Shown: positions 26,157 through 39,233 of the stretch, piece by piece | How positions within the stretch are numbered: position 1 is the first letter of the stretch | Layout: the number at the start of each line of letters is the position of its first letter | NCBI RefSeq assembly: GCF_004010195.1 | Contig: NC_057718.1 | Coordinates: 65,906,770 to 65,970,769 of the forward strand | Direction: 5' to 3' | Source of the DNA: Chiloscyllium plagiosum | Taxonomy: Eukaryota | DNA: 64,000 bases | The notes under the pieces: generated by a model | What the model was told of the DNA's origin: nothing | The model's database searches: none | What the model saw: only the letters and a program-made list of their open reading frames with translations | Translations under genes and position numbers: made by a program

Positions 26157-26804
26157 TATCTTTACACATGGAAATTCACAATAAGGTAAACGAGTTAACA
26201 GCGCAAATAGAGGATATGATTGGTGACCAAGACTGGAAACCAAACATCCATGCATATTCAATCTTTAGGAAGGGTAGACAAAAAGAAAAAGGCGCTGGGG
26301 TAGTGGTGCTAGAGACAGATAAAATCCGAGTAATAGTGAGAAAGGATATTGTGTCCAAAAGTCTAGATGTAAAATCACAACTAGGGCAAAAAACATTAGT
26401 GGAAATTGAGATTAGGTCTCCAAACAGTGGTGGTGAGTGAACAACTTAAGAGATCCAAGCAACAACACCGCTGCACTAATAATGGGTGACTTAAATTTAC
26501 ATATACATTAGACAAACCACATTGGCATTAATACAATGTTGGATGAATTCCTAGAATGTGTACAAGTATTTTTTTCCCAATGAGTGTGTTGAGGAACCAA
26601 CCAAAGAACAAGCTATCTAGATTTTGTTTGAGCAATGAGAGGGGGTTAATTAATTTTGTTGTGAGAAGTCCTTTTGGAAAAAAATGATCATGAAAAAGGT
26701 ACAATTTTGATGAAAAGTTGAAGTGAAGTATCCCAATCTGAAACAAGGGTCCTGACTCTAAACAAAACTAGGTGTGGTTGTTTATAGACTTCAACAAATT
26801 ATAG

Positions 26805-27130
26805 ATCATAGAATCCCTTTGGTGCAAAAGGAGGCCATTTAACCCATCGATTCTACGCTAACTGTCTGAATAACATCCTACCCAGACCCCCCCCCCCCCC
26901 CCCCCCCCCCCGCCCCACCCCACCCTATCCCCACTATGGCTAATCCACCTAACCTGCACATCCCTACAGTACCTGGACGCTACGGGGCAATTTAGCATGG
27001 TCAATCTACATAAACTGCATATCTTCAGACTGTGGGAGGAAATCAGAATACTTGAGAGAAAACCACACTGACATGGGGAGATCCACACAGAGAGTCACCC
27101 AAGGCTGTGAGGCAGCAATGCTAAGCACGG
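26805..27130 (-). mobile_element. HE1-like SINE with expanded poly-C tract
   Basis: Homologous to the other SINE copies; long C-run at 26887-26911. Confidence 0.8.
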
Positions 27131-27920
27131 AGTTACTGGCTTGTAGTGAATAGGTAGTGGCTAATATTTAAGGAACAAATAATTGATTACAACAGTTATG
27201 CAAAAGAACTTAGCACAAAAAGTGGCCTATAAATGTGGCTAACAAAGGAAATTGAGGAATTGTTGAATCAAAAGGGTAATATAAAGTTGTTGGATAAAGT
27301 AACAAGCTTGCAGCTTGGAGTATCTTAGAGTACTTTGTACAGTTCTGGAATCCACATTACAGGATTAATGTGATTGCACTGTCAAGGGTCCAGAGGAGAT
27401 TTTCCAGGGAGTTGCCTAGGCCGGCGAGCTTTGGTTATGAAGAAAGATTGAATAGGCTGGAGTTGCCACAATTGAGATATATAAATTATGATGGGGGAGT
27501 GGCGTAGATAGACTGAACAGGAAGACAAGGAGCGATCAACAGGCATAGACTTAAGATGAGTTGCAGGAAGTTTAGAGGGAATGTGCCGCTAGACCTGCTG
27601 AGTTTCTCCAGAAATTTCTGTTTTTGTTTCCGATTTCCAAAATCCACAGTTCTGTTTTCCAACACAGTTGGAATTGTGTGTGGTGAGGAATAAAGTGACT
27701 TCAGGGGAAAATTTGGCAAGTTCAGTAAGTGGTCAAATATCATGGATAAATGTGAAGAGATGCACTTGAGTGGGAAAAACACAGACTGTGTATTGTTTAA
27801 ATGGTGATAGATTTGGAAATGTTGATGTATGAAAGGATTTAGGTGTTTTTATATACTAATCATTAAGAGCAACTATGTAATTGCAGCAAGTGGTTAGGAA
27901 GGCAATGGTATGTTGGCATT

Positions 27921-28531
27921 TGCCATGCAGTAGTACTGTACCTTTAAGAGAGATTTGTTCTGTGCAGTTTCTGTTGCAGAGAGAATCCAGAATATCTGCT
28001 TTAGAAATGGTGGGTAAATAGCTTTGAGCTCACTAAGAGTTTTTCTTTTAAATTGGACAAAAGAAGAATAAGTGGATGGAGTCACACTCATACAGACCAA
28101 GGGTTTTAATTGTGTTTTCAGTTGGGGTTCGGAGTTGGCAGTTGAAGCTGATAGATACAGCTCTCGCTCTCTGCTGCAGCAAAAAGCTTGACTTCTGTCT
28201 CCGATACTTGAATTTTCCTTTCAGTATTCCTTTCTCTTGCACTGGAAAGGAGGTAGCTTATCAGGAAAATTTGTTTTATTGTATTTGCCTTTGCCAAGGA
28301 TGCGTTTATGGGATGCCGCTATATTAGAACAGTTCATGATTAGTAACTAAATAAGCTATACCAATTTTTGTCTTTGTATTTTAACTAAAGTGAATTTTGC
28401 TTCATGTCTATTAATGGACCAATTGAATCACTTCTGGAACACAGCACTTTACACTTGCCTTTAAATAAAGTAAAAAGTCAAAGGTCTAGCTCCTTGATAT
28501 ACTTTGAGGGAGATTAGTCTGGTCCATAACA
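27921..28531 (+). mobile_element. Probable solo LTR inserted in CR1
   Basis: TG...CCATAACA termini; interrupts CR1 ATGTTGGCATT|ATCACAAGAGGATTTGAATATAGG; internal AATAAA. No clear TSD. Confidence 0.55.
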
Positions 28532-29089
28532 ATCACAAGAGGATTTGAATATAGGAGCAAACATGTCTTTCTGCAACTGTACAGTGCCTTGAGACCATAC
28601 CTGGTATGTTATGTACAGTTTTAGTCTCCTTGCTTTAGAAAGCATGTGCTTGACATTGAGTATGTGCAGGGAAGGTTCACCAGACTGATTCCTGCAATGC
28701 TATGAGGAGAGATTGGTTAAACTAGGACTATATTCATTGAAGTTTAGAAGAATGAGAGGGAATCTCATAAAGACTATTACGTTTGTGGCAGGTTGAACAG
28801 ACTGGATGAAGAGATGCTGTTTCCTGTGCTTTTGAAGGGTGCAGGGGATGGAGGAGGAATCCAGAGGTAGGGGTAAAAATCTCAGGATATGGGATAGGCC
28901 ACTTTTGGACTAAGATGAGAAATGTCTTCTCTCAGGCTGTTGAATCAATAGAATTCTTTATCACAAAAGATTGTGGAGGCCAAGCCACTGAGTGTGTTTA
29001 AGAAAGAAATTGATTTATAGAGACTAAAGGCATCATGGGGTATGGGGGGGGGGGGGGGGGGGAAAGAGTGAGCAAGAGTATGGTCTGTA

Positions 29090-29940
29090 CAAATAAGAGC
29101 CAGCTATTCAGCCCTTTGAAGCTTTTCCACCATTCACGGAGATCATTGATCATTTGTGGCCTAACTCCATATACCTGTTTTGCATACCTGATGAAGGGCT
29201 CCGGCCCGAAACATCGATTTTCCTCCTTCTCCTTGGATGCTGCCTGACCTGCTATGCTTTTCCATCAACACACACTCAACTTTGGCCCATAATCCCTAAA
29301 TGCCATTAATTAACAAAAATGCATGTACCTTCGATTTAAAATTAATAATCGATCCATATATGGAAGAGAGTTCCAAACATCTATTACTTTTTTGTGTGTA
29401 GAAATGCATCCTAACATCATCTGAATAGCCTGGCCATAATTCACAGATTATAGCCCCCAGTTCTAGAATCTCCAGGCAGTGAAAATAGTTTATCTACTAT
29501 GTATTTTCCTGTTAATATTTTGAAGACTTTGATCAGATCACCCCTTAAACATTCTAAATTTGAGAGAAAACTAGCTGAATTTGGATAATCTTTCTACACA
29601 ACTTAACCTCTGAAGTCCAGGTATCATTCTTATAAGCCTACACTGTATTCCCTCCAAGGCCATAAATCCTTCCTAAGATGTAGTGCCCAAATCTGCGCTC
29701 AATATTCCAAATGAAGAGTAATGGGGTTTTGTATAATTGCAGCATAACCTCTGCTTAGTTATATTGCAGTCTGCTTGATGTAAAGGCCAGCATTCCGTTA
29801 GCTTTCTTGATTATTTCCTGCACCTGTTTGTGGCACCTTAAAGATCTGTGCACCTGAATTTCCAAGTCTCTATGGACTCCCACTGTATATTGAACTTCAT
29901 ATCCAGAAAAGGCCTGAATCTATCCTTTTCGGTCCAAAAT
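29090..29940 (-). mobile_element. CR1 LINE 3' fragment
   Basis: Decayed RT C-terminal sequence and 3' UTR similar to other CR1 copies. Confidence 0.7.
29187..29282 (+). mobile_element. ~95-bp PLE family A pLTR insertion starting at the hammerhead core
   Basis: CCTGATGAAGGGCTCCGGCCCGAAACATCGATTTTCCT...GATGCTGCCTGACCTGCT. Confidence 0.8.
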
Positions 29941-30330
29941 AATGTTGAGCTAGAGGATCACAAAGATCATGTTGAATAGCGAAGTGCGTGTGATGGATCA
30001 AATGGCCTACTTCTTCTGTTTCTTCAGTGCAAAAGAGCTGAAAGCACAGGTATATATTTGGAAGTATTATATCCTGGCTACTACTGGTATGAAATTTGAA
30101 GAGCAGGGATAGCAGTGAAGCATTCTTACTTAGAGCTTTCTGCAGGGCTGGGAACGGGATTAAAAAGGAGTGAAAGCTGCAATTGGTTCGTGAAACAGTC
30201 TCACCTGTGAAGAGGGGTAATATCCTTGAAAGAGCATCAAATGAAGATATATAGGTTGAATAGAAATAGGGCAATCACATGGTTGAAGTATACTATAAAC
30301 TCTAAACAGTGAGAGGGAGTTAATAGGACA

Positions 30331-30523
30331 GGGTGTGAGTGAGGCCTGCAGATACTGGAGATCAGAGTCAAAAAGTGTGATGCTGAGGAGCATCTGAGGA
30401 GCAGAAGAGTCAACATTTCAAGCATTAGCTCTTCATCATTCCTGATGAAGAGCTTATGCTCAAAACGTTGACTCTCCTGCTGCTCAGATGCTGCCTAACC
30501 AGTGTGCATTTCCAGCAGCACAC
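30331..30523. mobile_element. Degenerate palindromic PLE family A insertion with 13-bp TSD
   Basis: AGTTA(A/G)TAGGACA at 30318-30330 and 30524-30536; inverted arms centred on TTCATCA-TTCC-TGATGAA. Confidence 0.85.
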
Positions 30524-30654
30524 AGTTAGTAGGACAAACTGGGAGGCAAATCAGTGAGGAGTACAAAAATAAAAGGGCTGTAATAGTTTGGGGTTTTAAA
30601 TACCTCTGTATTAACAGGGATAAATTCAGACTAAAGGCTATAGAGGGCAGAGAT

Positions 30655-31174
30655 GAGCAAATTTTGAGAAGATTTGTAGCCCAGATTGAGGTTCTGGATG
30701 TAGGTTTGCTTGCTGAGCTGGAAGGCTCATGTTCAGATATTTTGTCATCATACTAGGTAACATCTTCAGTGAGCCTCTGGACAAAGCGCTGCTGGTGTTT
30801 CCTGCTTTCTGCTAGACTGTCTCACTAGAATCCTTACATACAGGTAAGGAAGGGCACCACATCGACTGGGACAACACATCCATTCTAGGTAAAGCCAAAA
30901 AGAGACACGTACGATAATTCCTAGAAGCATGGCTTTCCAACCGGAACTCTATCAACAAACACATTGACTTGGACCCCATTTACCACCCCGAGAAAAAAAC
31001 CAGAGAATGATATCACCACAGGAAAAGACATCGCCAACCCAAGGAAACCCAAAAAAAATACAAAGCAGGAAACACTAGCAGCACTTCGTCCGGAGGCTCA
31101 CCGAAGATGTTACCTAGTATGGTGACAAAACATCTGTACGTGAACCTTCCAGCTCAGTGAGCAAAACTACATCC
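30655..31174 (+). mobile_element. PLE (family C-related) GIY-YIG end with inverted pLTRs and 11-bp TSD
   Basis: AGGGCAGAGAT at 30644-30654 and 31175-31185; EGHHIDWDNTSILG...FLEAW.SNRNSINKHIDLDPIY; arms ~30694-30806 and ~31063-31176 are inverted. Confidence 0.88.
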
Positions 31175-34100
31175 AGGGCAGAGATCCTTAAAAATACATG
31201 CAGAGTGATGTATGGCAAAAAAGGTGAGCCCAAGTCTAGTAGTAAAACCTAAACAAAAATATTGATGGAAAATTAACAAGGAAATAAGGAAAACAAAATG
31301 AAGACATGGAAAATTAACTGGACTGTGTTCTAAATGAATATTTTGCTCTTATTTTAACAGTAGGGACATAGAGCAGATATTGTAGTTGAGACTAAAACAT
31401 TAGGTGGATAAGCATAGTGATAGGAAATATTAAGGTGCTTTAAATGAATAATTTGTTAGATTCAGAAGTAAATTATTCCACCTGTTAAGGAAAGAAATAA
31501 CAGAAGCTGTGACTTTTGTTTTCTATCCTTTTTGCTTACAGATGTGCTGAAAATCTGCTAATGTTTGTATCATTGTTTAAAAAGGGATGGAAAGGATAAC
31601 TTGTGTAATTATATGCCATTCTGCTCAACTGTGGGCAACTTACAGGCAAACATTTTGAGATGCATTTTGGACAGATTAATTAAGGAAAACATTTATAGAT
31701 TTGCAGTTGTGTTACTTGATTGAGATTTTTGCAAGTAACAGGAAGGTTTGACAAAGGTAACTTGTTTGAAATAGTCTATGTAGATTATATCAAAATTATT
31801 CCCAAGGTCCCAGGCTGAACAGAAAATAGGTTCATGTGATATATACTCATGAATTAGATTTAACTGCATGGGGGCATGACTAAGAAGTTTTCAGGTGATA
31901 CTAAAATTAGGTTTGTGGTTGATAGTGAGGAGAATATGGTAGATTACAGAATGAACGTTGTGGATGGAACTTTGTGGTGGTGATTGTCTTCTAATTTAAA
32001 AATGTGTAGGTGCTGAGAGAATGAGTGACCGACAGAAGAACGAGGAGGACCAAGCAAACAAGGCACGGGTTCTATGTTCAGATCTTGCTCTTCAACCAGT
32101 ATACAGTGCTGATGAGGGAGATGAATCCTTTGGGGAGTGCAGGCAGAATCATGTCCGTGGTGTTGCAGTGGCTTACCTATGTAGGGTGGGGAGGAAGATA
32201 TTTGCAAACACTGACTTATAAAGCTAGACGGAAATAAAAATAAGAAGTCCCTCCTTTCCCAGAAACCTCGGCTCTCTGACTTCAAATTTAAAAGCTCAAA
32301 TCAGTGACTCACCGCTCCTGGCAGGCCCCTGGTGCGAGCTCCCGCCCTTCGAGATCCTGCTGCTGCTGAAAAACAGAAATGGAGGACTCCTGTGCTCATG
32401 GTAACGATCAGCTGATCCTCTCCAGCTATACAGAAATCATAAAGTTGAATTGGATGGATTAAATGACCTTTTCACAGGCATAGTTTTTTTCTATGTTCAG
32501 TTACGTTTTCAGATTGTTCCAGTGGAAACTCAACTCTCTGGGTCAAAATCCAAATTCTACAATTTGAAGGCACCGCATGTCATCAGATTATGTCCAAAAC
32601 CTGGAGTCTGTTGTAGTTAATAGCTACTTAACAAAACCTGAATGCCGTCTTTTTCAATAGGAGCCTTGTCATAGGTGGCTTCACAAAGTTGAACCAATGT
32701 GGTAACACCAAACATTTTGAGTTCCTCTGTGAACTTGTTGAGGGTAGCATTGGTTGGGTTGTGTGTGATGAGAAACCTCATACAGCTAGGGCTAAATAAT
32801 CTCCGTGTCTAGCAATCCGAAGCATTCAGAAGCCAATATGTTAAGATAATCTCTCCTCCAGAGAATACGTATGGCTTTTGTTCAACCTTTCATTAGGGGA
32901 TAACCTTTTCTTCCCTGAAACCAAGCTACTGAACTTTTACACCGCCTCCAAGGCAAATATTAACTCCACATAAAGCCTCCAAGTGTAGTCTCATCAAAGA
33001 CCCTTGCAATTGCCATAAGAGTTGTTCATTCTTTTATTCCAGTCTTTTTGCAGTAAAGTCTGATGTTTCCCTTCCTAATTGATTGATATACATGCATGCT
33101 AATTTTCTGTTATTTGTACAAATGTATCCAAGGCTGTCTGAACTGCAACATTTTAAAGCTTTATGCATTTTAAATTCAAATGTCTGCTTACTTCACATTT
33201 CTCCATCTGCTATCTCATTGCCCCTTAAATTGACTGAATCTCTTTTCAGCCTTTTTAGGTTTTCGTCACAACTTATCTCCCTACCTAGCTTTGCATCATG
33301 AACAAATTACTCTTGGTCTCTTCTTCGTAGTTATTAATGTGCATTATTTTGTAAGTAGCTGTAGTCTTAGCAATGATCCTTGCAATGTTCACAGGTTAGT
33401 CTGCCAACTTGAAAATGTCCTGTTCATCCCTGTTGTTTTTCCTGCCTGTTGGTCAATCCTTTATCAGTGTTGAAGAGTTATCCTCACCTCTGCGAATCCT
33501 CATCTTGCATATTAACCTTTTGCATGGTACTTTATCGAATTACTTAAAGTGTAGGACATGCACTGGTTTCCCTTTATGCATCCTTAATAAGCTCCAATAA
33601 CTTTCGAACCACAATACTCTCTTTCATAAAAGCATGTTAGCGTTATCTGATCATACTACAACTTCCAAAGTGCTTTTGTAAGATTTCATCAATTACAGCA
33701 TTTTTCCAATGCTGTTATCAGGCTGTAGTTCCCTGTTTTCTGCCTTATCTGTGAATAGTAGAATTAGATTTAGTAAATTTCAATCACATGGAAACACTCT
33801 AGCTTTTAAGGAATTTTGGAGAATATTAACCAATATCTCTATAAGATTTGAAGGTCTCTAGTGGTTCAGTGGTACTGTCCCTACCAATTGTTCTGACCTC
33901 ACCTGTTCTAGAGTTGTGTAATAACATCTCTGAATAGGTTGATTAGAAAATATCATCCACCATCGCTGCAGCTGCCTCATTTAGAACTCTAGAATATAGG
34001 CGTCAGACTCTGACAATTTGTTGGCTTTCACACCCTTAATTTCTCTCTGATACTTTTTATGTGCTGATTTTGTTTTCTTTAAGTTCCTCATTGATTTTAA

Positions 34101-36334
34101 ACCCATTGATTTACTTCTTTGGTATGTAATTTTTGTCTTCTATCATGAAGACAGGCATGCATACTTGCTCAATCTCCATGCTATTGCTTCATTCTCATGA
34201 TGATTTATCCTGTCTCCAACTCAAAGGGAATAGCATTTACTTCAGTTAATATAATTGGTTATGATTTCTGGTGAGTTTACCTTTTTTGTAGACTTTTTCT
34301 TGTGATTTCAAAACTTTGCAAACCTCAGGCTTGCTGTTGTACTTGACAACATTGTAAGCCTGTCTTTTTCTCTCATTAAATCCACTCTTGTTTTCCCTGT
34401 CTATTTCTCTTTCTATTCTTGGTTTCACTTTAATTAATTTTTCTTCCTTGTTCTTGATTCGTTCTCAACCCTTGAATATTATTGTTTACAAAGATGCATT
34501 GGTCCTGATGTTCAGTAAGATCTTGTGCAAATGCATTACAGTGCAGATTTTTTAGCTGAAAGATAATGTTTTAAATACCACATGATGTACGATACCCAAC
34601 TTTGGCAATTTTTCTATTATGTGTTTTTAAAATAAGCAGATGCATTGATGTACAATCATGCAAATTTATTTTAGTCCAGTTTTCCATCAGATGTGTTTTT
34701 TTTTAAATTCATTGAAAACAATTGAGCAGTTCTATAGTCAAGTTACATTGAGTCTAGAATTTCAGACTGTGGTTAGTTCATTGTTTAATTTCGCATCTAC
34801 AATATTGAATTTTTGATATTCTGGTCCACGGACTTTTGCTGAGTCAGCCAGTGTATTTTCAATAAAAGTGCTTTGCCATTGTGTGATAGAAAGTATCGTC
34901 CAGAACTAAGTCAGTTTGAAGCTACGTTATTTCTGCAACTAAATGTAAACTGAATGGTACAACAATTGTGAACGGTGTGCATATATTTTGTAACTTCTCA
35001 TTCTTGAAGAATGTTTCATTTTTCTGCCAGAGGCACCTTGTATTTTACTTCTGACTACAGCGTAGATGTTGGGCAATTTATTTAGTTTGAGAAGTCATCA
35101 CTGTCTTCACTTTGCGCAGCATCCACATGTGCAGATCGTAATCTGGATTACGGAATTGTGACAATACTGTATTCAGGAATTCTGATGATTTGTCCTTTCC
35201 TTAACAGTGGTATTGAAATTGCAGCAGCTGCATCTTCTGAGGCCAGCTGCTTAACACTGATGAGAATTAAAATGCTTTTATCTGGCTGTGCATTGTTAAA
35301 TTAGTATTTCATATTTATTTACATAGCTGTACATTGAATGTACAGCATAACAATAGATCATTTGGCCCAACTGATAGCCGCAGGTATTTGTGCCCTGCAT
35401 GAACCTCCTTCCATCCTCCTTTTCCAACTCTATTAGCAGAATCTTCTGTTCCTTTTTTGCTCTGTATCATTTGGTTATCTAGCTTCCCTTTAAATGCATT
35501 TATGATATCTACTTAAACTATGGGTGATTGTAACTTACATATTCTAACAAGTTTCTGGAAAATAACTTTATCCTGAATTCCATATTGCATTTATTCCTGA
35601 CATTTATGAACCTCTTATTTTGGTCTCCCACAAGTGTTATACCGACCTTATCGAATCCTTTTGTAATCTTAAACACCTCACTTGTGTTTGTCCTCAAACC
35701 TTTTTGCTTTATTGCTTTGTGCTCCCTGAATTAGTTATGATGTGTGTCTTCTCACTATAGATTTAACGTCTTAGTTCTGACATGATTTTTTTTGTACCCT
35801 CTGCAGAGTCTTCATACCCTGTCTATAATTTAGAGAACCAAACTGCACACTGCTCCAATGGTGCTCTAACCAATGTTTTCTACAAATGTAACATTTTTCA
35901 GCTTTTTGATTTTGTAATTTGAAGAATGTTATCTTTCTTAAGGGCTTAATGTTGTTTTAGATCTCTTTACTAGATCTTTATCCTGTACTCCCTCTAACCC
36001 TTTTTACTTTTTTAAGGAATATGCAATCTCTTGATTTGCTCCTGCAAAAATGCAACACCTCTCAATACTTTGTCATAACATTTCCATTTATCAACCATAT
36101 TTCCAGGACCAATCAAGAGACTGCATATTTCTTTTAAAACAAAAAGGGTTAGAGGGAGTACAGGATAAAGATCTAATATTTTCATATGATGCCATATCAG
36201 GTTCTGGATTCAATGCCAAAACCCATCCTTATGGAATGCAATTTGCCATGAATGCCCCACTTGCTTTCTTATTTGTAGGAGCACCTTTGATAGCAACTCC
36301 CAAACTCATGACTCACCTTAAACCTATGACCTTC

Positions 36335-38430
36335 AGTTTTGGACTCCCAAACTAGAAAGAAAATACTTAGGCTATTCTACCTATCCCTGCCTCTCATGAT
36401 TTTATAAACCTCTATAAGGTCACCCCTCAGTCTCTGAAGCTCCAGAGAAAGAAAGACCATAGCTTAATCAACCTCTCCCTATAGCTCAAACCCTCTAGTC
36501 CCAGCCACATCCTTAAATCTTGTCTGCACTCTGTCAAGTTTAACTACATGCCTCCTATAGAAGGGTGATCAGAATTATATCCAGTATTCTAAAAGTGGCC
36601 TCACCAATGTCCTGTACAGCCATACATGACATCCCAACTCCTATACTCAATTAACTGATCAGCGAAGGCAAGCATGCCAACCTTATTCACCCTGTCTTCC
36701 TGCGACTCCACTTTCAAGGCACCCCTAGGTCTCTGTTTGGCACCACTTTCCGGTGGGTTATTGTGAACTGTGTAAATCTTGCCTTTGTTTGTCTTACCAA
36801 AATATAACACTTCTAATGTATCTAAATTAAACTCCATCTGCCACTCCTTGACCCATTGGTCCATCAGATCAAGATCCCGTTCTATTCTGAGATAATCTTC
36901 ACTGACCATTACCCGCTAATTCTAGTGTCATCTGCAAACTTATTAACCATATCTCCTATATCTCCTAATCATTTATATAATTGATGAACAGCAGTGATCC
37001 TTGCAGCATGCCACGTCACAGGCCTCCATTCTGAAAGACAAATGCAGTGTTAGCATTCATTTCAAGAGGGCCAGAATACAAGAGCCTGCATCACCACCCC
37101 TTGTCTCTTGCCTTCAAACCAATTTTATATCCGTTTGACCAGTTCCCCCGATCCCTTGTGATCCAACTTTACTAACCAGTCTACCATGCAGAATTTTGTG
37201 GAACACTCTGCTGAAGTTCCACAACATATAGACAATGCCTGCTGCCCTGCTTTCATTAAGTTTCTTTTTCATCTCTGCAAGAAACTCCAGTCATGTTAGT
37301 GAGGCACAAAGCCATGCGGGCTATCTGTAATCAGATCCAAAGACCTCAACAGTTCATCATATGACATGCTCTTCATCCCAGGGATCATTTTTGACAGCCT
37401 TCTCTGGATTCCGTACAAGGCCATCAGATCCTTTCTTAGATAGAGGGCCCAAAACTGTTCACAATATTCCAAATGTAATCTGACCAAAGCCTTATACAGC
37501 CTCAGCACTGCATCCCTGCTCTTGTATTCTTAGCCTTCTTGAAATGAATCCAGCCAAATCTGCATGTTAAGCTTAAGAAAATCCTGAACAAGGGTTCCAA
37601 AATCCCTTTGAAGTTCCGATTTCTGAAGTCTTTCCTGTTTCTTCCTCCTCTTCCTATCAAAGTGCATAACTGTAAACTTTCCCACATTATATTCCATCTG
37701 CCACTTCTTTGCCCACGCGCTAAGCCAGTTCAAGTCCTTCTGGAGCCTTCTCGCTTGCTCAAAAATCCAATCAATCTTCATTTGATTGCTACCTAATCAA
37801 AGTGAGGACTGGCACTACTGTCTCATCAATGAGTTGAGACAAGTGTAACTTTGTAGCAAAGAGTCTGTTTAAATAGGGACTACAGCAAGTGATGCTCATG
37901 GCAAAACCAACAACACAACCTACTCCACATATCTTTGTCATCTGCAAACCTCCTAACGATGCCCTTTGTTTTTTCATCCATATTATTAATGTATAACGTG
38001 AATAGTTATGGACCCAACACCGACCCAGTGGAACTCTAGTCACCAATTGCCATCCTGAAAAATACACCTTTATCCCTACTCTCTGCCTTCTGCCAGTCAT
38101 CTAATCCTCTATCCATGTTAGTACCTTGCCCCCAATAGCATGGGCTCTTATGTTATTTAGCAAACTTCTGTGTGACAACTTGTTGAAGGCCTTCTGGAAA
38201 TCCAAACAGATCATGACCACTGGCTCTCTTTTGTCTAATTTGCTTGTTACCTCCTCAAATAATTTTAAAAGATTTGTCAGGCATGACCTCCCCTTGATGA
38301 AGCTGAGATGACATCCCTGTTTTACCATGCATTTCCAAGTACTCTGCAATCTCAGGCTTAATAATGGACTCTAAAATCTTAGTAATGATAGAGGTCAGGC
38401 TAACTGGCTTATAGTTTTCTGTCTTCAGCC
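36335..38430 (-). mobile_element. Cluster of CR1 LINE fragments
   Basis: ORFs WVKEWQMEFNLD, LYKALVRLHLEYCEQFWA and SCLTNLLKLFEEVT...LDFQKAFNK. Confidence 0.88.
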
Positions 38431-39015
38431 TGAGGTCCCCAACATCAGAGTTTCTAGCCTTTAACCAATTCAGTTCACTCCACCAGTTATCAACAAATGG
38501 CTGAAGACCCTGTAGATTGCAAAGGCTAAGAACTCTGACATGATTCTGATAGTAGTACCGAAGATTTATGCTCCAAGGCTAGCCACGGCCTTGATCAAGC
38601 AGTTTCAGTATAATCAGAACACTGACGTCTACCTGACAATATGGAAAGTTATCCAAGTATGTCCTACGCACAAGAAATAAGGCAAGTATCCATACTGGCC
38701 AGTTACCAATGCATCAATCTTCAATTGATCATTAGCTCAGTGATGGAAGGGAATGTCAAAGATGTAATCGCGTGGGAGGTAAAGGATTAACATATTGACT
38801 GGCACTGAGTTGAATTCTGCCAGCTTCTGACCTCACTACATCCTTGGTTCAAATGCGAACAAAAGAGTTGAGTTCACAAGGCCAGCATAACTGCCTTTGA
38901 CATCAAGCCAGCAGGTATGTGCCACCAAGAGCCCTCGTAAACCTGCAGTTATTGAAAGTTCTCCACTGATTTCAGACACTCCTTGGGTTGATGTCCTAGG
39001 CTCACTGATTTGAAT

Positions 39016-39233
39016 TTGAAACTTTATTGCTGGAACAGCACAGCAGGTCAGGCAGCATCCAGGGAACAGGAGATTCGACGTTTCGGGCACAGGCCCTTCT
39101 TCAGGATTCCTGAAGAAGGGCCTGTGCCCGAAACGTCGAATCTCCTGTTCCCTGGATGCTGCCTGACCTGCTGTGCTGTTCCAGCAATAAAGTTTCAACT
39201 TTGATCTCCAGCATCTGCAGACCTCACTTTCTC
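39016..39233. mobile_element. Young palindromic PLE family A mini-element with 15-bp TSD
   Basis: CTCACTGATTTGAAT at 39001-39015 and 39234-39248; perfect 91-bp arms (39016-39106 and 39108-39198) plus a 35-bp pLTR tail. Confidence 0.95.
39105..39142 (+). ncRNA. Minimal type I hammerhead ribozyme (family A); predicted cleavage after C39137
   Basis: GAUUC-CUGAAGA-A-GGGC(CUGU)GCCC-GAAAC-GUC|GAAUC; helix I GAUUC/GAAUC; palindromic ACGU stem III. A mirror copy lies on the minus strand. Confidence 0.8.

Larger units (their letters stand above)
26160..29040 (+). mobile_element. Old fragmented CR1 LINE with nested SINE and LTR
   Basis: IHNKVNELTAQIE...YSIFRKGRQKEKGAGV (endonuclease-like) and a decayed RT C-terminus at 27700-29040. 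Confidence 0.7.

Noticed and set aside
31944..32410. GC-richer segment with a 113-aa minus-strand ORF
   Set aside because: It is probably a LINE 5' region, but I recognised no diagnostic motif or splice structure.
38836..39204. Mirror-image ORFs on both strands (KLYCWNSTAGQAASREQE...)
   Set aside because: They are a by-product of the palindrome and not genes.
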